DNA of 64,000 nucleotides, taken from contig CAJINV010000010.1 of assembly GCA_905178155.1 (NCBI GenBank), positions 186,001 to 250,000 of the forward strand, written 5' to 3'. A program made the position numbers and the translations under genes. How positions within the stretch are numbered: the first letter of the stretch is position 1; every line of letters begins with the position of its first letter. Source of the stretch: Amoebophrya sp. A120. Taxonomy: Eukaryota; Protista; Dinoflagellata. Under the pieces are notes generated by a model, which was not told the origin of the DNA, did no database searches, and worked only from the letters and a program-made list of their open reading frames with translations. Of this stretch, positions 1 to 12,365 are shown in pieces.

Positions 1-929
1 AAAACCTACACGAACTTGTTCTACAAGAGTTCAAGTTCATCCTGATGTGCTGCTGGTGAAATCATCATCTTCTTCTTCAGTAGGACGAATGTCGATTCAT
101 CAATATAGAAAGTTGTCAGACAAACTACCAGGAGGTCGTCATGATCTCGGCTTCTACGGACGTCGGGGAGCAGACGAATAGGAATAGCACGACTCAGACG
201 AGCGAAGAAGATCGTAACGACATCGTGATCAATACGTCCATCACGAGGTGGAATTATTCGATGACCCACGACCAACATTTTCACGACGACCCAGCTGCTG
301 TGCGAGATGAACCCGTAAACGCACACCGAAATTGAGACGCCGATCAGATGCATGCCATTATCTTTTTTTCTTGGCGAGGCTATCGATTATCGTGATGGAA
401 ACTAGAGTAAACGTCGAACCGCGACACATCAACGACCCAACACCTACCACAAAGACGAAGACGAGAGGTCGAAGCGGAGCGATAGCAAGCACGTCGGTTT
501 TATTTTTGAACAGAAGTTCGAATGTTACTACAAGAAAAAAATGCGCGCCGGCTGGCATTGTGCCTGCTCATAGAGATCCAGCGTTTTTTCTTTTATTTTC
601 GTTGTGCATTGGATGTCGTAAAGGTTAAGGCTCCAGCGTGTTCAGTTTTAGTCGTTGTGCACTATAATGCATTGTGCTGTCGTTAGATTTACTTGCAACG
701 CAGCGGGGTGGAATCACCACTGATATTAGGTTCGTACATTGCATTTCCATTTATGTGGCTAGTCAAACAGGAAGACCTCGCAATTTTCGAAGCCGTTTTT
801 TCATATTGATGTCCTTTATTGAAAAATTTGTGCAAGCACCCGCCCACCGTCATCTAGTCTTATTGAAAAACCAGAAGCCCAGCCGCCTACCTTCTAGCCT
901 AAATCGGAAGGAGACATCACTGAGCCTAC

Positions 930-962
930 GTCCGCCACTGAGCAATGAGCTCAGTGGCGGAC
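930..962. repeat. Perfect 14-bp hairpin
   Basis: GTCCGCCACTGAGC-aatga-GCTCAGTGGCGGAC. Confidence 0.8.
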
Positions 963-1177
963 AGACACACACTCTATCAGGCGCAAAGTTCTATCGCCGA
1001 CTCCGACACAGACGGGCGCCTGACTTGGTCGCCAGGTCGGGCTCCACCGAGAAGGCCCACCTCCGACATCCAGGCTCCACCCTGAAGCCAAATCCCATCT
1101 ATAGATCAAGTGGGCAAGGAGATCTATCGGACGGCCACAGACCCACCTAGGCATCAGTGGTGAAGCCAGCACCAACC

Positions 1178-1197
1178 ACACACACACACACACACAC
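1178..1197. repeat. (CA)n microsatellite
   Basis: About 10 CA units. Confidence 0.9.
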
Positions 1198-1587
1198 CTG
1201 CCCACTTCCGCGAAGTGGTCCGCTTTCGGCAGGTGACAGTCAGTGTGAATCAGATCGCTTTATCGGCTTGATGTAGCTGCACCAAGTGGCACAAGCTGGA
1301 TCAAGCCAAATCATTAAAAATTGATTATATTGTAAGGCGGTTTCGAGTTAATTTTTCATCGTGATGTCCTTATTGAAAAATTTGTGCACCGCCCTGCCAA
1401 GCAACATGCCCAGATTCGGCAGCGCCCTGTAGGTGGCCTACTTCTGGGACACCAGAGGGGAAGGGCGCAACCAGAATGAACTCCGAGCTTTCGGGGAAGG
1501 GCGAAAAACCGCATTACAAATTGCTTTTTTCAGAAAAAAAAAATTTTCGATTTCCCTTTCGCCCAGGAGGGTCGGCCATACCGTCGG

Positions 1588-1722
1588 CGGAAGGATTTCG
1601 GAAGGATTTCGGAAGCATTTCGGAAGGATTCCGGAAGGATTCCGGAAGGATTTCCGGAAGCCTCGGGAAGGATTTTCGCGGGCATTCCGGAAGCCCTTCC
1701 GGCGGCCCCTTCGGAAGGATTT
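1588..1722. repeat. 11-bp minisatellite (CGGAAGGATTT)n
   Basis: About 8 tandem, partly degenerate units at 1588-1675, with further copies near 1712 and 2132-2164. Confidence 0.85.
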
Positions 1723-3499
1723 TCTGTTGGCCCTCTTCAGGGACAGCTGTCGGCTGGCGACGCACTCCGCGAGCCGCGGGGCCTTCCACAAGCAACCCAT
1801 TACGGCCCGGCGGCTGCATCGATCTTCGAAGGCCGCGGGCCGGCCCCCTCCGAGCGCGGCAGGCTTGCTGGGAAGCCTGCCTCGGCCTTTCGTTAAGTTC
1901 GTTCCGCTGTAGTGCACAACACAGGGGGCAAGGGGGCGCAACTCGCCCGATTTCCGGCGTTGGTTTAAGGTGGCAATGGGGCGCAAGCCCTACAGCGAGC
2001 GGCTGCGCGCCACGGCTCGGGCTACTGTCTACGCCACCCTGCCGCGGTGGGTTGCCTGTCCCAGGGCAGAAAAACAAATAGGCCGCCCGGCTGCACTCAG
2101 GGCTGGGGCGCCGCGAACTTTGCCGGGGTGCTGGAAGGATTTCGGAAGATTATTGGAAGCATTTCCCCCCGATTGTGTTAACAGGGGTGGCCGTTTGTAA
2201 TTTTTTCATCTTGATGTCCTTATTGAAAAATTTGCGCAGCCCCACATAGTCAAAAACGAAAGCAGTCAAAAATATAAGTGGCAGCAGCGCTGCTAGGTAG
2301 TCCTGGGGAAGACATGCGCGCCACCTGTTTGAAAGGGGCCCTGCGGCCTATCTTCAAACCGAAGCGGCTACACCGCCGGACGTAGTTGCTTCTGCTAGGT
2401 GGCGGCAGGCAGGGTTTTGGGCCTGCGCTCATGAAAGACTGGGCCCACCCCAGCATGGCCTGATCGCATTGCTATCATGCGGGCCGCTTTGTCAGCAAAC
2501 AAAACAACAAGCGCAGCCTGCGCTTGCTTTGTTGTCTCCACGAAGCCGCAAACCCCGGGCCGAAATGCCTTGGGATAGGAGCGCAAGCTCTAAACACCAC
2601 GGCCGCTACGGCGTCGGAGGGTATGTGCCCATGGAAAGCCCCCAAAGAGGGGCAATCTCGTGCGCCATTGCACCGGCCGACGCCGTCGGGGCTCGAGCGC
2701 CAACCACGCGAAGGGGGGCCGCTTGAAGGTAAATCACGAGTATGGTTTGGGCGTTTCTGTGTGCCCCATGTGGCTCGAGAAGGTGCATGGGCGAGAAGGT
2801 GCAGGGCGCAGAAATGTTGAAAAAAGGCGCCACAGCGCCGCGATTCGGTGAAAATGAATTCGTTTTCGGTTCCCCGACCTGTATCGGTGGCTTTCGTTCA
2901 TGGAGGGCCTCCATCCGGACCTCTATCTTGGGAACCATCGAGAGGCGGTATCCGCTACTTTTGAGTCGCTGAATCCTTCTCATAATTTTCGAAGCCGTTT
3001 TTTCATCTTGATGTCCTTTATTGAAAAATTTGTGCAACTTGATTTGCGCTCTGGTGCTGTTTTTCTCTTTACTGGACTGCTTTGGCGACGCCCCGGCAAA
3101 GCCATGAGAAAGCAGAAACTCCACAGGGGGAACCCAAGCGCCACCGACGAGCAAAACTGAAAGAGGGAGGGCAAACAAAGCCCGGGGGATGCTAGGTGGC
3201 CGGCCCAATGCCTGCGCGGCCACGGCGCAAGGCATTGGACAAAGCCAGGGCCCGGCGCGCGCACTGACGAAACGCCGCCGGGGGCCTAGTCTTTTGCTTT
3301 TAGCAATTTTTTAGCCTGATTTAAGCGGGAAAATCCGGCGGCAGGTGTCCGCCTGACCGAACGAGTTGAAAAATGCAATCTGTCAATAGATGCAGTATTA
3401 ATTTTCGATCGCAACAAAAGAAAGCGAGCAAAATCATTCGCCCGAGTACACAGCAAGAAAGCTAGCACACCTCTACAGCGTTCGCGAATCTAATCAGCA

Positions 3500-6400
3500 T
3501 TGAGGAAGGTGCGCGAGGCGAACGATGCGAATCGGAATGAAAAGGACGAGCAGCACCGAAATCATGAAACAGCTTTCAACTGTGTCGATGATGCAACTTG
3601 CGACAGTGGCGCAACAAGTCACATGTCGGGCCGACCAGAGATATTCGAATCTTGGGACGAAAGTAATCCAGTGCGAATAACTGTAGCAGACGGAAAAGAG
3701 TTGGACGGCCCTGGATATTTTGGCACATTTACTGAGAGAAAAACTGCGATACAGAAAAAAATTTGAAATTTTGACTCGCCGAGGCGAACAGTATTTGAGT
3801 GCGGTTGCCGCAACGACTTGCAGTCAAAGACATGCCGCAATGGGCGGCCAGAGCAGGTAAGTAGGTGGTCGAGGTGGCGACCGTTAGGCAGGGACTGGAA
3901 TCAAGTCCAGCGAATATATCTCATTTTTTTGATGCAAAGTGAGCACTTTTGGAAGACAGCTGAAGCGAAACACTTGGCCAGTTGGAAAACTGTGATACAG
4001 CAGATCGCGGTAGTGCTCGCACGAGTACACTGCGCTGCTGTATCACACTTTTACAAAACCACCATAGCACCGGCGTTAGCTTCCGCTTAGTGAAATTGTA
4101 AAAGTGTGATACAGCAGCTCGACCGAGGTACTCGCCGGAGTACTCGACGGAAAAACTCAGCGCCTTCGTTGGCGTCATGCAAAAAATACGATAACGCGTC
4201 GCAAATTCAATTTCATTCCCCATGGTGTGGTGGGTTTAGGTCTGCCCAATCTTGGTGGGCCGCTTTTCGTCGTTCGGAGCCTGCAACCAGCTGACGACTT
4301 TGCAATGTCGCTCTGTCGACCAAATGCAAAGTAGTTTAACCGTATCCGCAGCGTTGCTGCGAATCAAAATTTCAAATTTTTTCCTGTATCACAGTTTTTC
4401 TCTGAGTAACATTGAAACCAAACGCACTTGGTTGCAAACGTGCAATATTCCATCCATTCCCTCCACAGACCCTCCTCAATGTCGAACAACTTAAGAAAGA
4501 AGGACACAGGGTTGCTTTCGACGAAGGGGGCAACTACTTGCAAAGTAGGAAAACAGGAAAGAGAACTCTTCTTCGCAAAGGGATCGGAACCAAGCTGCCG
4601 GCCGTGGCGCTTGGGTTCAACGAAGATCCTGGTGAGCAAGGTTTGTTGTGCGAAGAGATCGAGACCGAGTCTACTACCACGATGGCAAAGGCTGAGAAAA
4701 TGCTTCTTGATCATCAGCGTGCTGGACATCGTAGTCTACCTGGAATAGTAGTCCGATGCCCTGCCTGCGATCTCGCGAAAAGCAAAGGCGCGCAACATGC
4801 AAAAGTAAAGGAAGAATGCTACAAAGTTGAGAAATTCAATGACCAGGCTGATTTTGACTTCACTGGACCTTGGGAACGAACCTGACTACTGGTCGGAAAG
4901 ATGGGCTTTGAATGCCATCGACCAAGCAACCAGCTGGCCTCGTTCTTTCATCTGCAAAAGCAAAGCAGAAGCAGGCGCGAGACTGCAGGCCTGGATAAAT
5001 GAAGAGGGACCACCGAAAAGAGTGAGATCCGACAACGCGAAAGAGTTCAAGGAACCAAATAGCACTTGGAAAAAGACAGCACAGAAACAGTCCCCGCCGA
5101 TTCATACTGACTCCTCAGCCCCATATGAGCCGCAAGAGAATGGGAAAGCTGAAAGATACAACCAAACTCACCAAAACGGAGTAAGAGCTATGACGGTCGG
5201 AGTTGATAAACGTGTGTGGAGTTATGCAGCTCGCACTTTCTCACACATATTCGCCCGAACCCCGACAGCCAAAGGAGGCGAGTCGCCATTTGAAAAACGC
5301 TTCAAAAGAAAACCCTCCGCCAAGTACTTCCGACGATTCGGATGCTTGGTCTACGCGAAGGATCACTCACAGAAGTCGAAGCTTGAAGACCGGTTTACCC
5401 GTGGAATCTTTCTGGGCTACGGTCAAGAGAATTCTACATACCTGGTAGGCATGTGGTCTGCAGATTGATGGTCGATGTAAGAAAAGCTCCAAAACCCGTT
5501 TCGGAGTTCACGAAGTGAAGTGCTGTAGTGTAAGTTTGATGAATCTGCGCTGGTCAGCAAAATAGATGATCTAAAGCCGGACGCTGACAAGCTGACGATT
5601 GATTTTCCGAATCCGGCGCGTCTGGGTGATAGTTCGCAGCTCGTAGAGCCCGCTGCAGATCGCGATCAAAGCAGTCGCGGTCAGGACGCTCCGAGGACCG
5701 ATCGCTCGAAAGATGAAGAAGATGCGGACAAACGCAATTCTGAAAATGAAAAGGATAACGTCGAAAATGACGAGGGCAAGAGTTTCGAAGGGGGTGAGCA
5801 ACCTGAGGAAGGGGGTAAGGAAAAGCAAAACCCTAATCAGGTTTGGCTCGATATGTTTTCAGATGAGGCGCCTGAGAACTCCCCGGAACAGAAAGCAAAA
5901 GCTGAAAATGGAAATCGGAAAAGAAAATCTAACACAGTTGATGCTGATGCTGCAGATAATGAGACACAAGAAGCACCTAGGATCCTCGTTGAAGGACCTA
6001 CACGAAAGAAACTTCGCAAGAAGGGCCGAGGCCAGGACAAAAAGAAGCGCAAAGAACGCAACGACAAAGGCAAGAGTCGTGGTCCTCGAGCTAAGAAAAG
6101 ACAAAAAGCCAACCTTGTGTCGTCATCTGACTTACTGAAAGATCTACCAATGGAATTTGAAAAAGAAGCAGAGGCTATATTCCAGATTCGTCATGAATTA
6201 GAGGAAGACGAAACTCCTTACCTCTTTGGCTTGCAGCACACTTGGGCCAAGTGTCTGGAAAGTCCTGACGCAATCAAATGGATCGAGTCAGATACAAGCG
6301 AACGCCTAGCGCTAGAAGAAGCGAAAACGTGGAGGCATGCAACCGCAGAAGACATCAAAGAGATGGGTGATAAGTTAGAAACTATCCCGACGGTTTGCAT

Positions 6401-7905
6401 CTACACGAAGAAAAGAGACGGTCGCTACAAGTGTCGTCTAGTAGCACTAGGAAACAGGCAAAAGCTATCTCTACAAGGAGAAATATACAGCCCAACTGTG
6501 AGCCATGCCGCAAGCAGGTACTTACTTGCTGAAGCAGCAGCACACGGATGGAAAATTAGACAGCTCGATACTTCCAATGCGTTTGCGCGTGCAGCTCTAG
6601 GTGACGAGATCGCGTTATGTCGCCTGCCCAAGCATAACGGCTGGAGCAAGAATAAAGAGAAAGGCGACGCTGTCAGGCTGTTAAAGTCGTTATACGGTCT
6701 GAAGATCAGCCCACACCGTTGGCACGTATGACGAATATGCTGGCAAACTCAAGAAGTTCGACTGGGTTGCATCCGAACACGAACCAGGTTTGTTCAAGAA
6801 GTTTGCAAAAGACAAACAGGGAAAAGAGCAGGAACTCTGGCTAGCAGTTTACATAGATGACAACATTATCACGGGCGAAGATGATGACCGTGTCGCTGCA
6901 GAAATGAGTGCAATTTTAGCAGAGTTCCCAGGAAAAGAAATTCTCGCAGAATATGACAAAGAAGGCAACGAGATCCGCGACCTTCTAGGCGCAAAGTTGA
7001 TCTTCAATGCGAAAAAGAGAGTCATGAAAATCACTTGCGAAGATGCAATTGATAAGCTGCTTGAGAAATTTCACATGAAGGACTGCCGTGCAGTAGGTTC
7101 CCCATGTTTACCAAATTCCCACGCAGACTTGGACTCGCCGTCGAGTTCCACACTTCCGATAAGATCGCTAGTTGGTGGAATGTTGTATATCAGTTGCGTT
7201 GCCCGGCCTGATATCGCATTCGCAGTACAGAAAATAGCGACGCAGGTAGCTAGTCCAACCGACCAAACGGCAAAAGATGCCAAGCATATTCTAGCGCATT
7301 TGAAAGGAACCAAATCGCAAGGATTAGAATACAGAAAGCAACAAGAAAAGAAGTTTAAAGAAATTTACACAAAAGCTGCAGAGCTAGAAAACAAAGAATA
7401 CAGAGACACCATTGCGCTCTGCGATGCAGATTTCGCTGGATGTTCTGCAAGTTTTCGATCCACGTCAGGCGCAATCTTATATCGACGCGGGGTTCCCATT
7501 TGTTGGAAGTCGAAACGTCAATCGATTCGAGCTACGTCAACAATGGAAGCCGAGTATTGCGCGACGTATGACTGCGTAAGGATGACTATGGATCAAGGAT
7601 ATTTGAATTGGTTTGCAGAACAGGAGTCAGGATCTCTCCCGTTGATCTTCAACGACAACAAGTCCGCGCTTGCGTTGAGTCCGACAACCGTAGCCACGAA
7701 AAGATCCAAGCACATGAGTCTTCGACTACACCTAGCACGGGACTACGTAAAAGACTTGCGTTATATCAGTACAGATATCAATCTAGCGGATGGATTGACG
7801 AAACCACTTCCAGGAGAGAAGTATACTCAAATCTTCAAAGCTCCTTCAAGAAAAGCTAATGAAGTATTTGCGAAAGCTCATTTTGTTGATTTCAATAATC
7901 TCTAG
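3500..7905 (+). pseudogene. Copia pol pseudogene
   Basis: Split over ORFs 3500-3766, 4412-4885, 4827-5468, 5853-6731 and 6790-7905 by frameshifts or stops near 4880, 5466, 5850 and 6730, plus a 679-bp insertion. Confidence 0.9.
3730..4408. mobile_element. 679-bp TIR element (MITE/introner-like) inserted in copia pol
   Basis: ~50-bp TIRs TACT(G/C)AGAGAAAAACTG(C/T)GATACAG...; TA...TA ends; perfect 5-bp TSD ACATT (3725-3729, 4409-4413). Removal joins GYFGT-LKPNALG in frame. Internal IR at ~4035-4118. Confidence 0.9.
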
Positions 7906-7975
7906 GATTTATTGAGGCGAATTTCACAAGAATTCATCACATCAAAGATTTCTCGAGATGGTTTCAGGTCCATTC

Positions 7976-8292
7976 GGAAGGGGGAGTGTAGGTATGATCA
8001 AGAAACACGACCTAAATCGATCTTGACACACCGTCCCGCTCTGAGTGCAAAATTGAAATCACGATGTAAATCAAGATGAACTGATGATGATTCAAAATGA
8101 GGTCTAACCGAAATCACGATGTAAATTTGATGGTGACGATCAACGATTGTTGATCTGATTTTAGCGTATACTATGGCGATTCGAGACTGATTTTGAAGTA
8201 CCCCAAAGCTTGAATGTTTACCCGCAGGCTGTGCGTTAGTACCATTCAGATTGATTGCAACTAGAAACGCCTTCAAACAGGGCCTATTTACA
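7976..8292 (+). repeat. Polypurine tract and putative 3' LTR
   Basis: Purine run at 7976-7986 followed by TGTA at 7987; candidate end TACA at 8292. The end is uncertain because no second LTR is available for comparison. Confidence 0.6.
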
Positions 8293-8358
8293 CTTCACTC
8301 AAAGATGACCAGTGTTCAAATCGCCCGCGTTTCTTGCGTTGTTGATTGTCTTCCGACA

Positions 8359-8746
8359 CATTTCCATTTATGTGGCTAGTCAAACAGGAAGACCTCGCAA
8401 TTTTCGAAGTCCTTTTTTCATCTTGATGTCCTTTATTGAAAAATTTGTGCAAAGTGTGCAAATGCTTTCGCGATTTTTGGGCCTCAAAAAAATGCATTCA
8501 AGGGGGGGGCATAAACTAGGGTTAAGGGCACACCCAGAGCAGAGATTATTTGGGCCTCCGAAAGGTCGAGATGATCACTCCCGGAGACCCAACGCCCCCG
8601 CTCCTCACACTAGTGAAAAGCACTAATTAAGCCGCGCCCCAGTACCTTGCTCCAACATCTTCTTAAGCCGTTTTTTCATCTTGATGTCCTTTATTGAAAA
8701 ATTTGTGCAACTTGATTTGCGCTCTGGTGCTGTTTTTCTCTTTACT
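8359..8746 (+). repeat. Second core-repeat array (two cores, one ~213-bp spacer)
   Basis: Upstream arm plus core at 8359-8451 and core plus downstream arm at 8665-8746; same arms as 742-3073. Confidence 0.85.
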
Positions 8747-9172
8747 ACGGAGTGGCATCTACCATGCGCGTTGATGCTAATGCCAAAAAAAAAAATGCGT
8801 CTGACTAAAATAACTGAATGCAACAATGAAGTTCCACGCGAAGATGAAGTAGGCTGAGACTGTGCGCAGCTTTGGTCTTTTGCAGTGAGTGTATATGACT
8901 AGGCTGGTGACCTCCAGCACGAGTTGTTTTTTCATGTTCGGCTCTCACTGGGAGATCAGGAGGAAAATTTGAATTTCTGCATAGCAATTTGCTACGATGT
9001 GAAGATGGTCGGAAACTCTGAAAGTTGCTCTGTACTCGCATTTTGTTGCAGCCCGGGTGGTCGTTTTCAGAGTCACAATTATGATTCAGCTGTGTCTTTC
9101 TTGCTCGTCTTCTTCAAATGTCGTTGGAGAAACCGTACGTGTGGATTGCAGGAGGTACTGGAGGTGTTTCTC

Positions 9173-10275
9173 TTATTTCTTCTTCCCCTCTTCGTCATCC
9201 ACCTCAGTGCAGGTGGAGCAGGTGGTGCTGTCGCTGCTTTTGACGGAGCATGTTCTTGGCGTGATGTCGTTATCTGCAGCCGAGCATAAGGTATTGTTTT
9301 TGTTCGTATTACTTTTTCCTTTTCCAATCTCGATCGTGTTTTCAATCTTTTCTCCCACCGCCGTTGACCTCGTTTTCCACACCAGGAACAAACACGTCAG
9401 CATTGGAATCCAGTACGAGTAGAGCGGATGCGGGTACCACGGAATTTCTGGGTCCGGGAGCCGCTGCTGGTTCCAACCAAGGAGCTGGTGTGTTTTATTT
9501 TTGTTTGGTGAGCGAGTAGATCACGCATGACAGAACAGGGGAAACACAGTGGCAATTTAGTATATTTCTGCAATTACATACAAGTAGAAACACACGACCT
9601 CCGAAGTAGTAACAAGCAGTACCGACGTCCACAGCGGAAACGATATATGCCACTGGATGTGCCACTGCGCGTATTTTTTCGGATTTGGTTCCACTCTTCG
9701 GTAATACCTCGACATCGCAAACGCGAAATACGCGTGCACCACTCCCATGATCCCGCAAAACCCGCTGAACAGGTCCAGAACTCGCTCGAACAACGCCACG
9801 TAGAGGTACAAGTAGCTCCCCAGCACCGCAAACACCGTGTCGACGAAGTGGCTCCAGTATCCTGTGCAAAAAGTATCGCACTCGTATAAATGCATTGCAA
9901 ATTTCCTCAGCATGAGAAATAAAATTTGTAATGCAGATTTGCGGTGGAAACAAGATTTGTAATGCTAAGCTTGCACTTGTACGAGTACGATACTTTTGCA
10001 CAGGATATCCAGCTCGGCCTTGCGAGCTCCAAATAGTCCGACCAGAAGGAGACCCAGGCCTGGAGGAACCAGTAGTACGGGGCGAGTTGGCAGAGGCCGA
10101 GGTGGTTCATGATGGGGAGTTTGCGGGCGATGAGCTCGGGATCGTTCCAGAAGAGGTAGATCAGCGCGTAGAACCAACAGGAAACGGCGTAGACGTAGTC
10201 CTTCTGGATCAGGGGGCGCCAGCTGGCCGGAACCCCGGACTTCTTCATGTCCTCCAGCGTCTGGAGGAAGGACAT
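9173..10275 (-). CDS. Multipass membrane protein, ~277 aa, 3 exons; HxxWH motif weakly suggests CREST-like superfamily
   Basis: Exons 10275-10009, 9853-9599 and 9484-9173 join in frame (PSW|SHF, TSE|LLG). Intron 1 is an introner, intron 2 (9485-9598) is GT-AG. Several hydrophobic segments. Confidence 0.75.
9858..10007. mobile_element. Introner family A (150 bp)
   Basis: TIR TATCCTGTGCAAAA(A)GTATCG; DR TCCAG on both sides. Confidence 0.9.
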
Positions 10276-10964
10276 TTTGACGAAGAAGTAGGTGTTGATG
10301 TGGCGCGGGTTGTTATGAGCTACGTACTTTCTGGTCGTGCAGCTGCTCCTGCTGTAACTTAGAGTCTCTATGATGATCTAACTACGGGGGTAGTTTTACG
10401 GAAGGTCCAAGAACGCAGCTGCTAATGGTGGCCAGGGCCACATCTACAGCTTAGAAGACTTACTTAGACTCTCTTGTTGGGCAAAAAACGTCACACATAG
10501 GTAAAAGGTCACGGAGTGCAAATGCGGAAACGGACACCGATACGTGATGCAGAATAAATGAGGTCCTGGAGGAACAGAAATATTTGTGCTGGGTGAGGCG
10601 GGATGAGGCAAAAAGACTGACAAAAAGTTTACTTCTCGCTGAGACTACCAGACGCTCGCTCGCGGTCGCAATATGAAGGTTTCCTCGCACGAAGTAAGCA
10701 GACAAAACAGATCATCATCAACATGAATGAAAGCCTATCTCTCTTCATGACTTCTTCGTCTGAGCTCCTTTCGCTGTTGATAGCAAGGCTGCTCCTGCTC
10801 GTGTCCTCGGCTATCTAATCAATAGCTGACGGCCCCGATCCCGAACTCTGACAAATGGATACAAAAATAAAATAGACTTTATCAGACACGACAGCATGCG
10901 CCAACTACACTTGATGAAGATAGACGAAGAGCAGACGTCGTCGGGCCCCCTTCTATCTTCGATA

Positions 10965-12030
10965 CGCGGCCGCATGCAGGGCGAGCAACTGAATGCGCCC
11001 GCTCGCACGCCCGCGGCGCGGCAAGGGTTGCAACGAGGCGGGGCGCCACCAAGGCGAACACACAACCAGGGCCGGCGGCCAAGGCAAACGACGCCGCGGC
11101 GCAGGCGCCAAGTCCGTAAGGAAGCGAACCCGCCCGGCCGCCGCCCGCGCGGCGCAAGGATGAAAGGCGGGCGCGCGCCACACACCCGCCTACCCCTACG
11201 GCCAAGCAACGGCGACGCACGTGGATGGGGGGGGCCCACGCTCGCAGCATGGCCCCAGGGCTTCTCGCTACTCGCGCGCCGCTGTCTCCAGGTAGGCCCT
11301 GAGAAAAAACAAAGCTGGAGGGCGCCCGCGCGGGCGCGCGTGCATGTTTGGGAAGGGGCCGCCCGGCACTCGTTTGCTTGCTTTTAATTTGCCGGCACCC
11401 GCGCCGCGGCCCGCCGCCTTGCCTTCCGGCTTGCGCGGGTTTCGCGCACCGTGGCCAGGTTCTGTAAATCACACACCGAGCACGGCGAAAGCCTGCGCCT
11501 GAAGCCCGGGCAGGGACAGGGCGCCGGGACGCTCGCCAAAGTTTCACCGCCACCCCGATGGCGGGCCGCCGGGCCACCACGGACAACCAGGCGCGCGGGC
11601 GCCCCGAAGAAAACGGCCGCCCTAGGCAACGGCGGGGAGCCATCCAATTCCGGGGGCCGGCTCGAAGCCTTTCCACCTTGCTGCGCCCGCTCCCTCCCGG
11701 CGCGGCGTTGGGCTTGCTACCTAGCAACAACCTCACCGGCCCGCCTTCGCGCGCGGGTCGCCGCCGGGGTCTCCTTTTCAAATCGTAGGCAGTTCAGGAC
11801 GCATTCGAATCCGTTCCGGGGAAAACTCCCGCGCGTCGATTTGCAAAGCCTCCGCGGGACTTGCTGCGTTGCTTCGCGCGATCCACAGCGGCCGCGATCT
11901 CGGCCGCGCGCGCGACTTTGCGCCCGCGTCCCTCACTACGGCGCGGGCGCGCATAATCGCGCGGCGGGCAGGCGCGGGCCGCCCAATTACAGTTAGCCGG
12001 TGGCGCTGTGGCCGCGGGTGCTGGGCCAGT
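10965..12030. other. GC-rich intergenic island
   Basis: Abrupt CGCG/GGCC-rich block with only low-complexity R/A/G/P ORFs; limits approximate. Confidence 0.7.
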
Positions 12031-12365
12031 GGGTGCGTAGTCCCCTGTAGATGTCAACGACGCCTCCTGCTGAAGCGGCTTGTAACAAATACTCCTGCAC
12101 TGCTGGACTCAGCCGAACACACTAGAGGAGGGCGTGATCGCGGGAAAGCCCTTCCCGGGTACGAGCTTGGACATCTTAGTAAGTACTTTTGTTCAGCTCT
12201 GTCAGTGTCGTCAGTAAAAATAGTGCGAAGTGGATATCGATATCGTCACAATTACGGACCACCTGTGAAGATATGAAACAAAGCTAAGTCATCAACTGAC
12301 ATCACGATCACCGTCGCATCATCTTCAAAAAAGCCATCCTCTCGTCTCCTCCTCGTCGTCCCATC

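Larger units (their letters stand above)
742..3073 (+). repeat. Array of four copies of a ~38-50 bp core repeat separated by unrelated 0.5-0.8 kb spacers
   Basis: Core TTTTTTCATCTTGATGTCCTTTATTGAAAAATTTGTGCA at ~796-834, 1352-1388, 2201-2238 and ~2998-3036. The first copy has an upstream arm (742-795) and the last a downstream arm (3037-3073). Confidence 0.85.
3500..8292 (+). mobile_element. Degenerate Ty1/copia LTR retrotransposon (pol, PPT, 3' LTR; gag and 5' LTR not seen)
   Basis: Domain order is protease (DSGATSHM), pre-integrase (HQRAGH..CPAC), integrase (RSDNAKEF, PYEPQENGKAER), RT (YKCRLVALG, LLKSLYGLK, YIDD), RNase H (DADFAG, STMEAEY, NLADGLTKPL). Integrase before RT defines copia. 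Confidence 0.95.

Noticed and set aside
742-3073. CRISPR array
   Set aside because: Spacers are hundreds of bp and uneven, there are no cas genes, and the context is eukaryotic; kept only as a cassette-like array.
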